Shown piece by piece: positions 62,204-64,000 of a stretch of DNA of 64,000 nucleotides. The number at the start of each line of letters is the position of its first letter. The first letter of the stretch is position 1. Location of the stretch: the NCBI RefSeq assembly GCF_036365525.1, contig NC_090387.1, positions 88,701,691 through 88,765,690 on the forward strand, given 5' to 3'. Position numbers and translations under genes: made by a program. The notes under the pieces are model-generated. The model made no database searches. It had not been told where the DNA came from and worked only from the letters and a program-made list of their open reading frames with translations. Origin of the DNA: Heterodontus francisci. Lineage: Eukaryota.

Positions 62204-64000
62204 CTGATTCTCCTTCATCAATCTTCTGAGGCCAGATCCCTTCTGACTAATATCCTAATGCCATATTTTACTACCAGGGCTACCCCTCTTCCTTTGTCAT
62301 TCTGTCTGTCTCTCCGAAATATTGTGTACCCTGGAATATTAATTTCCCAACCTTGCTATCCTTATAACCATGACTTGGTAATGACAATTTTATTGCCTCT
62401 GTTCCCTACAATGACGTTGTTTTCTGATGTACAATTTTTGTTAAACCCTATGTCCCTTCCTGTCCCATTCTTTTGAGGGTTACCGACATCACTATCCTGC
62501 TCCTATGCCTCGACCCTCTCTCTTTGAATTTCTAAATTTCAGTTTACCAAACCTTACCCCGCTTCCCTCTGTTAGTTTCAAGCCCTGTCCACAACCCTAG
62601 TTATGCGATTGGCCATGACATTGGTTACAGCCCAGTTCAAGTGAAGCCCATCCCAACGGAACAGTTCCCTCTTCCCTGTATACTGAAGTCATTGCTCCAA
62701 GAATCGAAACCCCTTCCTCCCATACCACTCTTTGAGTCACACATTTAGTTCTTGGCACTGCTTGAACATATACCAATTTTCACTTGGCTCAGGTAGCAAT
62801 CCTGAGTTGATTATCTTTGATGTTCTGCATTTCCGTTTGGACCCTAACTACTCGAATTCTCTAAGCAGAAGATCATTTCCGGTTCGACCTATGTCATTGG
62901 TTCCCACATGGACCACGCAAAGTAGATCCTCTCCCGACTACTCCAGTTTCCTGCCAGCGGCAAGGTGATGTGATTTATCTTGTCACTGATCAGGCAAGAC
63001 AGCTGTTGGTGCTCCCTATAACAGCAACAGAGGACAGTACCTATCCCCCTGACTATACTGCCTTCTATCACTACCATATTTCTCTTTACTCCCCGCCCCA
63101 CGCACGACCCCACTGCAATGGCATCTTTCACCACGGTGCCGTGGTCAGTTCACTCATCCACCTTGCAGTACCTCTTTTCGTCCACACAGGTATCAAGGAT
63201 CTCGTGCCTCTTGGACAAGGTCTGAGGCTCGGGCTCCTCATTCACGACATATTGATTGCCCCCACCTGCTTCACTCACAGTCACAGCCCCCTTCTGCCCT
63301 TGACCATTGGCCATCTTTAATTGTCTCCCTACTCTAAGGGCTGTGAAAATGTCCAGGTACCTCTCCCCGTCCCTGATGCTCCACAATGTCTGCAGTTCTA
63401 AGATGAAGCCGTGCAAGCTGCAGACATTTACTGCTGACATGGTTGTCCAGGATTGCAGTGCATTCCACAGATTCCAGCAGACTACAATTACTGGACGCCA
63501 CTTGTCGTGCCATCTCTGTACAGTCTTTGTTTAAAATTAGTTAATTAGTTAATAATTCAAGCTGCAGTAATATAACGTTACTCTCACCTACCTTGGAGTA
63601 AAAAGAAGAGGGATCATCAGCTGCTGGAAGATGATAAAAGATAGGAAAAGGATCCCCTCTTTCCTCTCTGCCCCGACTTCCCACGTGCACCAAATTTCCA
63701 ACCAGACTCTGGCAAATGTTTCTTCTCACATCTCAACTCGGTAAAAATATTAGAATCCGTCTGCTCACATATATAATGTTCATATTTCCCAAAGTATCAC
63801 TCTGCCCAAACCTTTGAGGCTTCTTGTCCCTTAGGTTTATCCTCCTTTTCTATAAATCGTTCTTTGTTTCACACTATTTTATTGATCGACGCCAGCCATC
63901 AATTTCACAAGCAAACGCAACTCCTCAAACTGATTCATTTGTCTTTGTGTCTCCTCAACCATATCCATTTTTTTTCATCCTGCGAAGCAAAAATTTCATC

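Larger units (their letters stand above)
51190..63720 (-). mobile_element. Old near-full-length CR1 host element split by nested insertions (pieces 51190-51227, 55633-56465, 59922-60010, 60358-62040, 62204-63720)
   Basis: The pieces are collinear CR1 sequence: tail, RT (QGSVL...FADDT), APE (VWVKIRN..VGVGYRPPNS) and ORF1 (VVIEGSIVRG). Confidence 0.8.

Overview
Eukaryotic genomic DNA from a cartilaginous fish, probably a shark (HE1-type V-SINE, HER1/CR1 LINEs). Most of the window is decayed retroelement, and nearly all long ORFs in the track are broken LINE ORFs. One intact-looking spliced gene can be rebuilt on the + strand: join(23561..23615, 23953..24264, 25072..25380, 26319..26432, 26926..26969, 36524..36664, 36760..36888), about 367 aa (320 aa if the 36524 exon is skipped). 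It encodes a non-rearranging Ig-superfamily receptor: signal peptide, short V-like domain, antigen-receptor-type C1 domain, Cys-containing stalk, transmembrane segment with a Lys, and a SIRP-alpha-like tail built from a duplicated two-tyrosine exon (ITIMs LTYLAL and LVYAAV). The six core exons join in frame with GT-AG and matching phases. Other points of interest: dispersed Penelope-derived short insertions carrying minimal hammerhead-ribozyme motifs with 14-15 bp target-site duplications; a LINE whose 5' end is a tRNA-like Pol III head; a 12.5 kb multi-level transposon nest (51.2-63.7 kb); and an inverted CR1 pair inside the receptor's long intron. Family assignments come from motifs recognised by eye, not database searches. 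Repeat boundaries are approximate unless a TSD fixes them.
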